54,140 nucleotides of DNA from IMG/VR virus record IMGVR_UViG_3300021579_000009, positions 1 to 54,140 of that record. One strand, written 5' to 3'. The notes under the pieces were generated by a model. It was not told the origin of the DNA. It was given only the letters and a program-made list of their open reading frames with translations, and ran no database searches. Within the stretch, counting starts at the first letter, position 1. Each line of letters opens with the position of its first letter. Shown in pieces: positions 26,207 to 35,552 of the stretch. A program made the translations under genes and the position numbers. This DNA is from a virus. Taxonomy: Duplodnaviria; Caudoviricetes.

Positions 26207-26808
26207 CTGTCGAAAATATTTTGCCGTGTCCGTTCTGTGGCGGCGAGGCAGTGTTTGAAATGATCCCCGCACACAAGCACACATTTTCTGGTATGCCATC
26301 AGTTGGCGACACTTGGACTATTGAATGTTCTGATTGCCCTGCTGGTTTCTGTGGCGAGACGAAGGACGAAATTACAGCACTGTGGAATGCCCGCCATTGT
26401 TACGGATGTGTTGAGGCGCGCGTGTTGCCTAATCAGCATCGATCATCTCCACCGCCGACAGCGCTTCCCGTTTCCGCTAGTGGAAAATTCATTCGTGCAT
26501 GGCTTCGTCTGAAAAAGCTTCCTGGAGGGATGATGCAGGGATCTGCCGGGCTTTTTGGTCCGGTTGGAGCAAGCGATTCGTGCTGGCTCACAACGTCTGA
26601 AGATGAGGCGAAGAGATGGGATGAAAGCGAGTGCCTTGAGGTTCGGGTTGTAGAAAATAAGCCACATCACGAACCGCCAAAGACTCAAGTCTATACCGGA
26701 GGTGAAGTGAGCAGCGATGCTCATGTGGGACCTGGGGCCGGTGCCAATCAGAGCGTGATTGGAACAACACATGGCCCCGAATTTTCGGACGAGACAACAA
26801 ATGGCTAA
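26203..26808 (+). CDS. Lar-family zinc-finger protein with a C-terminal extension
   Basis: LPCPFCGG.A...IECSDC...WNAR. Confidence 0.7.
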   Translation: MTVENILPCPFCGGEAVFEMIPAHKHTFSGMPSVGDTWTIECSDCPAGFCGETKDEITALWNARHCYGCVEARVLPNQHRSSPPPTALPVSASGKFIRAWLRLKKLPGGMMQGSAGLFGPVGASDSCWLTTSEDEAKRWDESECLEVRVVENKPHHEPPKTQVYTGGEVSSDAHVGPGAGANQSVIGTTHGPEFSDETTNG

Positions 26809-27013
26809 ATCAAATGCCGGTGCTGCATTCTTCTATGCGCAAGGCCAGCGAGAGGCTGCGCGCGGATATCCAATCTGGTACATGCGCGAGAGTCGCCAGT
26901 GGTTGCCGCAGTGGGCACGCGCGGCTCATGCTCGCGGCTTCTGGTGCCAGTCGTCGCATGGATTCAGCACGAACTTAAAACCATCGTCGAACACCGGAAG
27001 TAGTCAGACATGA
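26801..27013 (+). CDS. Hypothetical protein
   Basis: 70 aa starting MAKSNAG; overlaps both neighbours. Confidence 0.5.
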   Translation: MAKSNAGAAFFYAQGQREAARGYPIWYMRESRQWLPQWARAAHARGFWCQSSHGFSTNLKPSSNTGSSQT

Positions 27014-27183
27014 AACTAGGCGAAGTACTTCGGTCGTATCGGATGCATAAGGAAATCTCCTTGCGCGTGTTGGCAGATGAGATTGGAATCAGTCACCCGA
27101 CATTGCAGCGCATCGAGACGCAATCGATACACGACATTGACTACAAAACGATGATGCGAATTCTTAATTGGTTGGCGAGTTGA
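27010..27183 (+). CDS. XRE/Cro-family HTH regulator (57 aa)
   Basis: MKLGEVLRSYRMHKEISLRVLADEIGISHPTLQRIE...; below the ORF-track cutoff; ATGA-coupled. Confidence 0.85.
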   Translation: MKLGEVLRSYRMHKEISLRVLADEIGISHPTLQRIETQSIHDIDYKTMMRILNWLAS

Positions 27184-27194
27184 GAGCGAGACCG

Positions 27195-27392
27195 ATGGCA
27201 ACTGATTGGACACCAAGAGACAACGCGATCAAATACTTTGAAGGTATGTTGACCGCATGGCGTGGGTACGATGAAGCCGTGCATTACGAGCAAGCATTGA
27301 ATGCATTGAGAAGATCGCAGGATCACACGGCTATACAAAACAAGCTCAATGAAGCAATGCGACTACTTAAGGGCAAGTCCGAGAGCCGCTAA
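27195..27392 (+). CDS. Hypothetical protein
   Basis: 65 aa starting MATDWTPR. Confidence 0.5.
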   Translation: MATDWTPRDNAIKYFEGMLTAWRGYDEAVHYEQALNALRRSQDHTAIQNKLNEAMRLLKGKSESR

Positions 27393-27404
27393 CTAGGAAC
27401 TAAA

Positions 27405-27593
27405 ATGCCAAAGCAAAAAGCACGAATCAACCCGGCTAGCCTCACTGTGTTGGCCGACGACGAAATCAAATCAGCCAAGCGAGACGACTACGGCGACATT
27501 CTCGGTGCACCGCACGGTGGCAAATGGATCGCACCGCGTGAGCAGGTAGAGCTGTGGCGGGCGCAGCAACAGTCTAAATCCAAAGGTGCTTAA
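27405..27593 (+). CDS. Hypothetical protein
   Basis: 62 aa; AGGA RBS. Confidence 0.55.
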   Translation: MPKQKARINPASLTVLADDEIKSAKRDDYGDILGAPHGGKWIAPREQVELWRAQQQSKSKGA

Positions 27594-27842
27594 GTGATTT
27601 GCAGGAAAACAAACGAGGATTGCACTACTCCATCGATGTGCGCGCCCTTCGGTGGGTGTGGAGAATCGCAGCATGACATCATGATGCGCATGGCCACATG
27701 GGCCGGCCTATTTGTCTCGACTGGTATCGAGCTTGGAATACCTAAGCAAGCAATGCTAAATGCACTCACGCCAAAGAAGCTCGCAAAGATTTACGACGTG
27801 ATGAATGAATCTGTCACTGCGGGAGATGGCAATGTGGGTTGA
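27594..27842 (+). CDS. Hypothetical protein with a Cys-rich N-terminus
   Basis: C....C.TP.MC.PFGGC motif; AAGGT RBS. Confidence 0.55.
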   Translation: MICRKTNEDCTTPSMCAPFGGCGESQHDIMMRMATWAGLFVSTGIELGIPKQAMLNALTPKKLAKIYDVMNESVTAGDGNVG

Positions 27843-28113
27843 CTTCAACATCAATCATAACGTGCGGGTGAAGCTGACGATAACCGGGATCGAAGCGCTG
27901 AAGAAATACCACGACGATCTTTGGAGAAATAGCGGTAAGAACTATCCGTATATTCCGCCAGACCAAGATGCGGACGGTTGGAGCAAATGGCAGCTTTGGG
28001 ATTTGATGAACCAACTCGGGAGCGGGCTATTCCTGGGATGCACTCCGCCATTTCAAACCGCAATACAGATCGAGCTACCAGACACATCGTCAACGACTCA
28101 CCCGGAGAAATAA
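27832..28113 (+). CDS. Conserved phage hypothetical protein
   Basis: FNIN..VRVKLT..G ... D.DGW...QLW.LM; GGAG RBS. Confidence 0.65.
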   Translation: MWVDFNINHNVRVKLTITGIEALKKYHDDLWRNSGKNYPYIPPDQDADGWSKWQLWDLMNQLGSGLFLGCTPPFQTAIQIELPDTSSTTHPEK

Positions 28114-28114
28114 A

Positions 28115-28576
28115 ATGGGGTACAACACGCAATTCAAGGGCGAGCTGAAGTTTATTGTTGAGCCGACGGTTCCGATGATCGCTAAGCTCAATTCTATTTT
28201 CGGCGCCGATCCACGCGAGCATCCAGAATGGAACGCTGGCCGTGATTCTGGCTATATCGACTTAATGCTCAACAAAGATTTTACTGGCATCAAATGGGAT
28301 AACGGTTGCGAGAAAACTTACTACCTTGAAAAGTCGGTAAATATTGTTTTAGAGCAGATGCGCAAAGAGTGGCCAGAGTTCGGGCTTTCTGGCTCCATGC
28401 TAGCCCAAGGTGAAGACATCGAAGATCGCTGGGAACTTTACATCGGCGAGGACGGACTAGCCCATAAACGCGATGTCCCGCTAATAGGCGCGCAGATCAC
28501 TTGCCCGCATTGTCGGCACAAATTCATTCACCAATCACCTGTCAATGGATCAACTAGCAACGAGGTTAAACCATGA
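28115..28576 (+). CDS. Conserved phage hypothetical protein
   Basis: MGY.T.F.G start, QGED.ED.W and a C-terminal CPHC. Confidence 0.7.
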   Translation: MGYNTQFKGELKFIVEPTVPMIAKLNSIFGADPREHPEWNAGRDSGYIDLMLNKDFTGIKWDNGCEKTYYLEKSVNIVLEQMRKEWPEFGLSGSMLAQGEDIEDRWELYIGEDGLAHKRDVPLIGAQITCPHCRHKFIHQSPVNGSTSNEVKP

Positions 28577-28761
28577 GCTGTGAAGGCATCTACTTGAGGG
28601 GCGACAAATGGTCTGGCTGGTCTGTTGTGGTCCTCGACAACGAAGGGGGTGAGCGAACCACTCTCGTCGGCCCATGCATGACAATTGAGGAAGTACTTCG
28701 CCACGCGATGACGGCATCAAACGAACCGGTATTAATTCGACTTGGTGGCGTGAGTCGCTGA
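28573..28761 (+). CDS. Hypothetical protein
   Basis: 62 aa; GAGGT RBS; ATGA overlap. Confidence 0.55.
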   Translation: MSCEGIYLRGDKWSGWSVVVLDNEGGERTTLVGPCMTIEEVLRHAMTASNEPVLIRLGGVSR

Positions 28762-28782
28762 CAGCGCATTAAAGAGTAAAGA

Positions 28783-29433
28783 ATGAAATTAAACCATGAT
28801 GAACTTATGCTTGCTAGGAAGACAGAGTCCTGGGAAACGCTATGGCTACAAGCTGTTCCACTAGCAAGGCTGACAGTTCGTAGACTGAAAGAGCACGGCA
28901 CGCTTGACCCTAGTTACCTAAACGAAGATCTTCTGCAAGATGCACTCCTTGCGGCAGGTGAAGCCATTCGCTCGTGGGACCCACGTAAGGGTCGATTCTC
29001 TACATGGGTTATGGCTTACACCAGAGGTACCTTGCTAAAGAAAGTGGCATCCGCGGCCACGGGTATGGTTGGAGGTAGGGATAACGGCTACTTCGTTACG
29101 AGTATGCATGGATGGCAGGATACGAGTAACGCGTTAGAACTCGATGAAAGTACCGAGTTCGGCGCAGAGGCAACGCTCGCATATGAAGAACCACCCGAAG
29201 GGTTTCGCGATCCTTGTGAGGAAGTCGTTCTAATGCAGGAAAAAGAGCAGCTAGCGCAGCTACTGCAGCGCTTGCCGCAGAAGTATTCTGAAATGCTTAG
29301 CTGCGTTTACGGCATCGACGGCCTGGCGGAAACGCAGGAAGAGTACTCAAAGCGCAAGGGTATCCCGCTCCGAACGGTAAAGTGGCAGCTCTCAAGGGGC
29401 CTACAGGCTCTTGCATTCGCTTTTAAAGAATAG
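28783..29433 (+). CDS. Sigma70-family RNA polymerase sigma factor
   Basis: Region 2 EDLLQDALLA..EAIRSWDP.KGRFSTW and region 4 L.RLP...T.EE....GI...TVK. Confidence 0.85.
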   Translation: MKLNHDELMLARKTESWETLWLQAVPLARLTVRRLKEHGTLDPSYLNEDLLQDALLAAGEAIRSWDPRKGRFSTWVMAYTRGTLLKKVASAATGMVGGRDNGYFVTSMHGWQDTSNALELDESTEFGAEATLAYEEPPEGFRDPCEEVVLMQEKEQLAQLLQRLPQKYSEMLSCVYGIDGLAETQEEYSKRKGIPLRTVKWQLSRGLQALAFAFKE

Positions 29434-29439
29434 TATATT
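29411..29439 (+). promoter_or_regulatory. Sigma70-like promoter ahead of the replication module
   Basis: TTGCAT-N17-TATATT. Confidence 0.5.
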
Positions 29440-29470
29440 CGATGCCGGCGCCAGTCAATCAGGCAATAAT

Positions 29471-29779
29471 GTGGACGATTTAACACAACAATTAGTAGAA
29501 GAACTCGATGCCTTTCGCCCGAAATGGCGCGAAGAGTATGCATCCTTGTACAGCGCAGTGGTCGCAGCTGGCGCCGAGAAGCTATTCACTCGGTGGCTTT
29601 CAACGAGCAACGGCGAGAAATACTCGCAACAGTTCGGTAGCATTCCCGACCGCGTTGGAGCTTCGAAGCGTGAGGTTGAAGCCTATCGTAGCCCTTCGAG
29701 CTTACCCTGTGGGTATGACAGCCTTGGGCGGACATCCCTTGTAGGACGAGAAGAATCTTGGGAGCCTAGAAAAAGATGA
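29471..29779 (+). CDS. Hypothetical protein
   Basis: About 102 aa from GTG 29471. Confidence 0.5.
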   Translation: MDDLTQQLVEELDAFRPKWREEYASLYSAVVAAGAEKLFTRWLSTSNGEKYSQQFGSIPDRVGASKREVEAYRSPSSLPCGYDSLGRTSLVGREESWEPRKR

Positions 29780-30145
29780 ATGGTGAAGTAGATCCCTATG
29801 CTCTTCCTCCACGTGGAGGCCCCGGCGTCACGTATCCCGAACCGGAGTACCCAGCGAGGATAGTGTCGCGAGATTGGGTGTCTGGTAGCGCAGAAATGAA
29901 TGAGGAAAAAGACGATGTACAATGAGCACGAAATGAAAAATTTTCTATCGGTAGCCGACATAGTGTGCATATTGATAGGTGCAGCAATCATCGGATGGAA
30001 CTTCGGGATTAGCAATGGCATCGCAGCGCTCCTGATAGCACAAGCTTGCCGTCCGATGTATGAGTGAGCGAGCTAAGCTGTGGGCGAAGACTACGGCAAT
30101 CGTCGTGGTCACCGCGTGGGCAACAACTGGATTCTGGACTCCTTA

Positions 30146-32221
30146 ATGCGAAAACTAACAGTGAGCTTTGGCGGTATCCACCAAGCACGCATTGAACGCG
30201 TCGAACAGTTGACCTGGGAGCAGTTCAGCACATGGCTGACAGACCCAGCGCCGATTGCTGCGGATAAAGCAGAACGCGGGTGGTATATCCCTGCTGAGTT
30301 CTCACCGGTATACCGCGATTCCGATAACTTCGTTGCCCGGCACGCGATCACCTTTGACTTCGATCGTGTACCAGAAGGCACTGAGTAGCGCGCGCTTCAT
30401 GTTTGGAAAGAGTTGGCGTTCGCGATGTACCCAACATTCTCAAACGCAGCGGGCAACCTTCGCTTCCGGGTAGTGATGCCCTTGTCACGCCCAGCAACCT
30501 ACGATGAATTCCAAGCTGTGGCTCGCAAAGTGGCTGCCGATATTGGCATCGAGTTAGTTGCTCGGGAATCGTTCATTCCGGCGCAGATGATGTACGCGCC
30601 AACGCGCCGCGAAGGATCGCCTGAGTTCATTAGCGTTGTGAACGATGGCGCTTGGCTTGATGTCGATGGTGTGCTAGCTGAGTATGAGAACTGGACCGAC
30701 CACAAGCAATGGCCGCATCGAGTAGACGGTGATAGCGTTCATGCTATCAAGTCTGAGATGACGCCTCCTAACGAAAAGCCAGGCATCGTGGGTGACTTCT
30801 GCCGAGCGTTCAGCGTTGCAGCAGCAATTGAACGATTTGAATTACCGTACAAACCGACAGCAACCGAAGGGCGCTGGACTTACACTGCAGGCTCTCGGCC
30901 TGAAGGAGCAATCGAGTATGACTCTGGACTTAAGTTTCATTCGCACCATGACACTGACCCTGCCCGTGGGCAAAATAACGCTTTCGATCTCGTGCGACTC
31001 CACAAATTCGGAGCACTTGACGAGGGAAGAGACAGGGCCATTTCTGTTACGGACCGCCCGTCTTTTAAAGCTATGGTCGAATTCGCTCGTAGTCAGCCCG
31101 AGCTTCAGGAAGCAATCGGTAGCTCCGAGTTCGAAGACTTAGGGCCACTCACTGAGAACGAGACGCTAGAGAAGAACGGCGCGCGCGCATTCGCGCGAAG
31201 ACTGTGCGACGTTCTGAATTCGCCGACTGTACCCGAGTGGTTGATCGAAGATGTGATCGAACGTGGCATCCTTGGCATTCTGGCAGGGCCGCGTGGCAGC
31301 TACAAGTCGTTCATCGCCTTGGATTGGGCGATGCGCATTGCCACGCGAGAAGGTGCTGAGCCCGTATACGTGGTGTCGGCCGAAGGTGGCGACTTCGATC
31401 GCCGCGCCGCGGCATGGCTGCGGCATTTCTTGCCTGAACGTGCGTACGACTCTATCCCCTTGTTCGTTGTCGAACGTCGACTTGATCTGTCGAATAAGGC
31501 AGGTGTCGAAACAATACGCCAGGATTGCTTGCAGCTTAATATCAAGCCGGCATTATTCGTTCTGGACACATTCAGTAAGCTCTCGGGCGGACTGGAAGAA
31601 AACGACAACAGTGAAGTTAAACAGTTCATCGGGTTACTCGACAACGGATTAAAGCGCGCTGATACTGGTTTTGGCGCGACCGTACTCTTGATTGCACATA
31701 CGGGACATGGCGATGCCAGTCGCGCACGCGGCGCGTCAGCGCTCGCTGCGGATACCGACGCCGAGTACATTGTGTCACGCAATCTTGGCGACGAGTCGGT
31801 GAATGTAACGCGCGAGCGGTTTAAGTCCTCCCCTGAGCTTCCTCCCTTGTGCTACAAGCCAAACCCAGTTACGCTGCAGCACACCGACAAGACAGGACGC
31901 GCAGCCACGTCACTCGTCATGCTGCCCGCAGAACCACCGCAAACCGCCCGATCAAGTAAGAAGAAAGTGACCGCGCCTAACCAGAGGCTAGTCTTAGATG
32001 TTCTTCGCACGATGTCCGCAGGCGGCAGCGTGAATCAAGAAGACTTGATCGAAGGAGTGAAAACAAAACTTCCAAAACCAGAGGGAAGAGATATCCGAAG
32101 GCGAACGATCGAGCGCGCGCTAACTGCGCTGTGTGCGAGCGGTGTCGTATTTATGCAGGGTGAAGATCGTGTATCGTTAACCAACATTGCCGAAGTAGGT
32201 GAAGAAGAATGGCTACAGTGA
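30146..32221 (+). CDS. Primase-helicase (AEP-like N-terminus plus RepA/AAA_25 helicase), interrupted by an in-frame TAG at 30386
   Basis: Track ORFs 30080-30388 and 30413-32221 share a frame. TFDFD lies before the stop and RFRVVMPL after it; Walker A GPRGSYKS, Walker B VLDT and AHTG...ARGASAL follow. Confidence 0.85.
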
Positions 32222-32523
32222 AAGAACTAGAGGTAGAAGCGGCTGAGTTTCACGACTTCGTCGTGCGCAATATGGCCCGCTTGCGAAGCCATTCAAGACC
32301 GTACATTAGCCGGCTGTCCGAGGCGGACTCGAACTACTTAATCAAAACAGCATTGAGCTATGCGTGGGAGCGACGCAAGCGGCTTAAGAGTCAAACAGGG
32401 ATGCTGCTATGGTGGGAAGAATGTCTGCGCTCGGCGGCAATGACGCGTAAGCAATGGCGTCAACGGCACATGGACTTCTTTACAATCGTCACCGGGCGCC
32501 AGCTTGGCACCGAGGAGTTTTGA
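32209..32523 (+). CDS. Hypothetical protein
   Basis: 104 aa; overlaps the helicase end. Confidence 0.6.
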   Translation: MATVKELEVEAAEFHDFVVRNMARLRSHSRPYISRLSEADSNYLIKTALSYAWERRKRLKSQTGMLLWWEECLRSAAMTRKQWRQRHMDFFTIVTGRQLGTEEF

Positions 32524-32524
32524 T

Positions 32525-32704
32525 ATGCCTCTGTACGAGTACGAATGTAAGAAGTGCAGCCACTGGCAGACTGAGATGCGCAAGATCGCTGAGCGAAAGA
32601 CAGCTCCTGAGTGTGCCGACTGCGGCGCGCAAATGAAGCTGAGGCTCAGTGCAGCAGCCGGCAAAGTAACGAACCCTGCAGCCCCAAAAGGTAAAGCACG
32701 ATGA
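32525..32704 (+). CDS. FmdB-like zinc-ribbon protein
   Basis: MPLYEYECKKC...PECADCG; GAGGAG RBS. Confidence 0.85.
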   Translation: MPLYEYECKKCSHWQTEMRKIAERKTAPECADCGAQMKLRLSAAAGKVTNPAAPKGKAR

Positions 32705-32793
32705 AAAGGTTTACGTATCGCGCGTTGCTAGTTTTACTTCTTATTCCTTGGACGATTGTCGGGCCGTTGCTTTGGCTGTGGTGCACGAAATGA
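32701..32793 (+). CDS. Small membrane peptide (30 aa)
   Basis: MKRFTYRALLVLLLIPWTIVGPLLWLWCTK; ATGA overlaps on both sides. Confidence 0.55.
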   Translation: MKRFTYRALLVLLLIPWTIVGPLLWLWCTK

Positions 32794-34367
32794 CCCAGTA
32801 TGAATGCCCAAAGTGTGGAGGGAACTTAGTACGAAATTCAACTGCTGCTAGTGGAAAGCAACGCTGGATATGCCGAAGTGGTAACGGCCCACGCTCGTAC
32901 TGCTACTCAACAACAGATCCAGAATCTACCCTTGCAAAGACACCCTCGGGCAAGACTAGCCGCACCATGAAGACTCCGATCTTCAAGCGCACATTAGGTG
33001 GTGTAACCCGCTTCCTTGTGACGGCCGCACAGAACGCAACGCCAGCACACAAAGGTTTTGTGAAAGCTTGTGAGCATTTCTGCAATGATAGAAACGCAGA
33101 GCTTATAGCCGTGCCGCTTCGGTATAAGAACCCAACGTCTCGCTGGGCTGCGTCCCAAGCGAACGAAGACGTTTGGGCAGACGAGCTAACGCCATACTTG
33201 TGCAATGAGCGCAAGAAGCTGAACAAGAACTTGATCCTGCTTGGCGACGTCAAAGTGCAACCAACAGCATCGAGTCCACTCACTGGATTCGAAGCACTCA
33301 CCCACGGCGAGTCTGGAATCCTGGCACACACCAAGTTACAATTACGTACGGTAGCAACACCACAAAGTCGTATGCCCAAGATCTTAACGACGACGGGTGC
33401 GGCAACACTACGAAATTACACCGACTCGAAAGCAGGAAAACTTGGTGAATTCCACCACACGTTAGGCGCCTGCGTTGTTGAGATTAAGGGCAAGAAGTTC
33501 AACGTCCGTCAGGTTAACGCCGAGAAGAACTCAGGGGCTTTCATCGACCTCGATACACACTATAGTGAAGAATTTGGTGTGGCACCCGCACCGCCTGCTC
33601 TTGGTCTTGACATAGGGGATACTCACGTAGAGTTCACCGACCGAAAGGTTACACGGGCCACCGATGAAATGACTGAGTTCTTCAAGCCCCGGTACAAAAT
33701 ATGGAACGATCTACTCGATGGGTACGCTTTTAATCCCCACCATTTCGGCAATCCGTTTATTTCGATTGCGAAAGCACAAAGCAACAAGCACGATGCGCGA
33801 GCAGAAGTTATGCGCGCAATCGCGTACCTTGAAAAGCACACGCCGGATAACTGCACGTCTATCGTGGTGCCGTCTAACCACGACGATTTTCTGGCACGCT
33901 GGATCATCGGGCAGGACTGGAGAAGCACAGGCAGTAATGCTACATTCTACTTGGAGACTGCGCTCGCGATGACACAAGGCGTCACGATGACAGAGCACGG
34001 CGCGCAGTATCCCTCCCCGTTTACTTACTGGGGCCGTAAGAAGCTGGAAGGTGCAGCGAACATCAAGTTCTTAGATCGAGATGAAAGCTTTACTATCGCA
34101 GGGATCGAAGTGGGAATGCACGGAGATAAAGGCCCGAATGGCTCGCGTGGAAGCATCAAGAATCTTCGACGAATTGGCGTTAAATCGATCATCGGGCACA
34201 CCCATTCCCCCGGCATTGAGGAAGGTTGCTATCAAGTAGGAACCTCGACGCCGTTACGTCTTGAGTATACTTCCGGGCCGTCGTCTTGGCTTAATACACA
34301 CTGCGTCATCTATGCAAACGGCAAGCGATCCTTGATAAATATTATCGACGGGGAGTGGCGTCTATGA
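32790..34367 (+). CDS. Metallophosphoesterase-fold protein resembling phage T5 A1, with an N-terminal zinc ribbon
   Basis: RFLVTAAQNAT, KAG..GEFHH, GDTH, DLLDG, SNHD, HGDKGPNG.RGS, GHTHS and GPSSW motifs; N-terminal CPKCG..GKQRWIC. Confidence 0.7.
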   Translation: MTQYECPKCGGNLVRNSTAASGKQRWICRSGNGPRSYCYSTTDPESTLAKTPSGKTSRTMKTPIFKRTLGGVTRFLVTAAQNATPAHKGFVKACEHFCNDRNAELIAVPLRYKNPTSRWAASQANEDVWADELTPYLCNERKKLNKNLILLGDVKVQPTASSPLTGFEALTHGESGILAHTKLQLRTVATPQSRMPKILTTTGAATLRNYTDSKAGKLGEFHHTLGACVVEIKGKKFNVRQVNAEKNSGAFIDLDTHYSEEFGVAPAPPALGLDIGDTHVEFTDRKVTRATDEMTEFFKPRYKIWNDLLDGYAFNPHHFGNPFISIAKAQSNKHDARAEVMRAIAYLEKHTPDNCTSIVVPSNHDDFLARWIIGQDWRSTGSNATFYLETALAMTQGVTMTEHGAQYPSPFTYWGRKKLEGAANIKFLDRDESFTIAGIEVGMHGDKGPNGSRGSIKNLRRIGVKSIIGHTHSPGIEEGCYQVGTSTPLRLEYTSGPSSWLNTHCVIYANGKRSLINIIDGEWRL

Positions 34368-34672
34368 GCACCGAAGCAGATGTGCAATATGACGCTTGCA
34401 GTAAGGCAGTGGACGATGCTATAGTCAACGCCCGAATGACATATGACTACCGGATCGTGATGGCTGTGTTACTGCAACACGCTGCATCGATGGCACAAGC
34501 AGCGATATCCGCGAAGGTTGCAACAGAGGACCAGATGGGTGAATACTTCTATGGCGCACATCGTCTTGCTTGCACTCCGAGAGAGAGAAGCCTGCGAAGG
34601 CGATCACAACAGATGGCGAAGATACTGGGAGGAAGCATTGATGAGCGATTTTACCTGCAGGTACTGCCCTAG
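34364..34672 (+). CDS. Hypothetical protein, possibly frameshifted at a (GA)5 run
   Basis: GGGAG RBS and ATGA-coupled start; an alternative-frame C-terminus would end at 34641. Confidence 0.55.
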   Translation: MSTEADVQYDACSKAVDDAIVNARMTYDYRIVMAVLLQHAASMAQAAISAKVATEDQMGEYFYGAHRLACTPRERSLRRRSQQMAKILGGSIDERFYLQVLP

Positions 34673-35009
34673 GCTTTTCGAATTTACGATGGACAGGGAC
34701 CACCATGAACGAATATGCCACGTTTATCGGCAAGGGCTCGAACTTGGTGGAGTAAAGCGCGTACGAATAACGGCGCCAGAGACTGCTCCCCCTGACGATA
34801 TGGTTAATCATCCAAAGCATTACACGTCCCACCCAAGTGGCGTTGAGTCCATAGAAATCACGCAGCATTACAACTTCTGCATTGGCAACACCATCAAGTA
34901 TTTATGGCGAGCCGGTTTGAAGGGCGACGATATTGAAGACTTGAAGAAGGCGCGTTGGTACTTGGATCGCGAGATCCAGAACCGCGAAGCTAGCAAGAAA
35001 GTTTCTTAA
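34641..35009 (+). CDS. DUF3310-domain protein
   Basis: DMVNHPKHY...G.E.I, F..GN.IKY.WRAG.K...EDLKKARWYL; GGAGG RBS before ATG 34641. Confidence 0.85.
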   Translation: MSDFTCRYCPRLFEFTMDRDHHERICHVYRQGLELGGVKRVRITAPETAPPDDMVNHPKHYTSHPSGVESIEITQHYNFCIGNTIKYLWRAGLKGDDIEDLKKARWYLDREIQNREASKKVS

Positions 35010-35020
35010 CCACAGAGGAG

Positions 35021-35422
35021 ATGAAGATGTCGATTGAAAATTCCCTTGAACGTATTGCCGCAGCACTGGAGGCCATCGCAAGCAGACCGGTTGGCACTCC
35101 TGTTGCTGAAGCGCCAGCCACTGCTGCACCGAAAACTCGTGCGGCTAAGGCCATTGAAGCGGCAAAAGCACCCGTCGTCGAAGCACCACCCGTGGCAGAT
35201 GCTGGCTTCGAAGAGGAAGAAGTTGCCGTGCCTACCCGCGACCAAGTGCGCGCCGCGTTGGTTGAATGCCAAAAGCGGGTTGGCCCTGAAAAGGCCAAGG
35301 CTGCACTGAAGAAAGTCACCGGTTCGGAAACATTGGTTGCCGCAACGGCATCGGCTGACGAGCAGAACGCTTGGCTGTCGAAGTTCGCAGCGAAGATCAT
35401 TGCGGCCGCCGCGGCGATGTAA
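35021..35422 (+). CDS. Ala-rich protein upstream of DUF2800
   Basis: SIENSLERIA.ALE.IA N-terminus, low-complexity linker and small C-terminal domain; start at 35021 or 35027. Confidence 0.7.
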   Translation: MKMSIENSLERIAAALEAIASRPVGTPVAEAPATAAPKTRAAKAIEAAKAPVVEAPPVADAGFEEEEVAVPTRDQVRAALVECQKRVGPEKAKAALKKVTGSETLVAATASADEQNAWLSKFAAKIIAAAAAM

Positions 35423-35471
35423 CTCGGAGAAGGGCGTCGGCGATGGTGCCGGCGCCCAGTAGGAGAAACCA

Positions 35472-35552
35472 ATGATTGTTGTATTTTTCATCTTTGGATT
35501 TATAACCGGCATTCTTGCTACTGTTATGCTAGAGGCATTGTTGAATGGATAA
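35472..35552 (+). CDS. Small membrane peptide (26 aa)
   Basis: MIVVFFIFGFITGILATVMLEALLNG; AGGAG RBS. Confidence 0.5.
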   Translation: MIVVFFIFGFITGILATVMLEALLNG

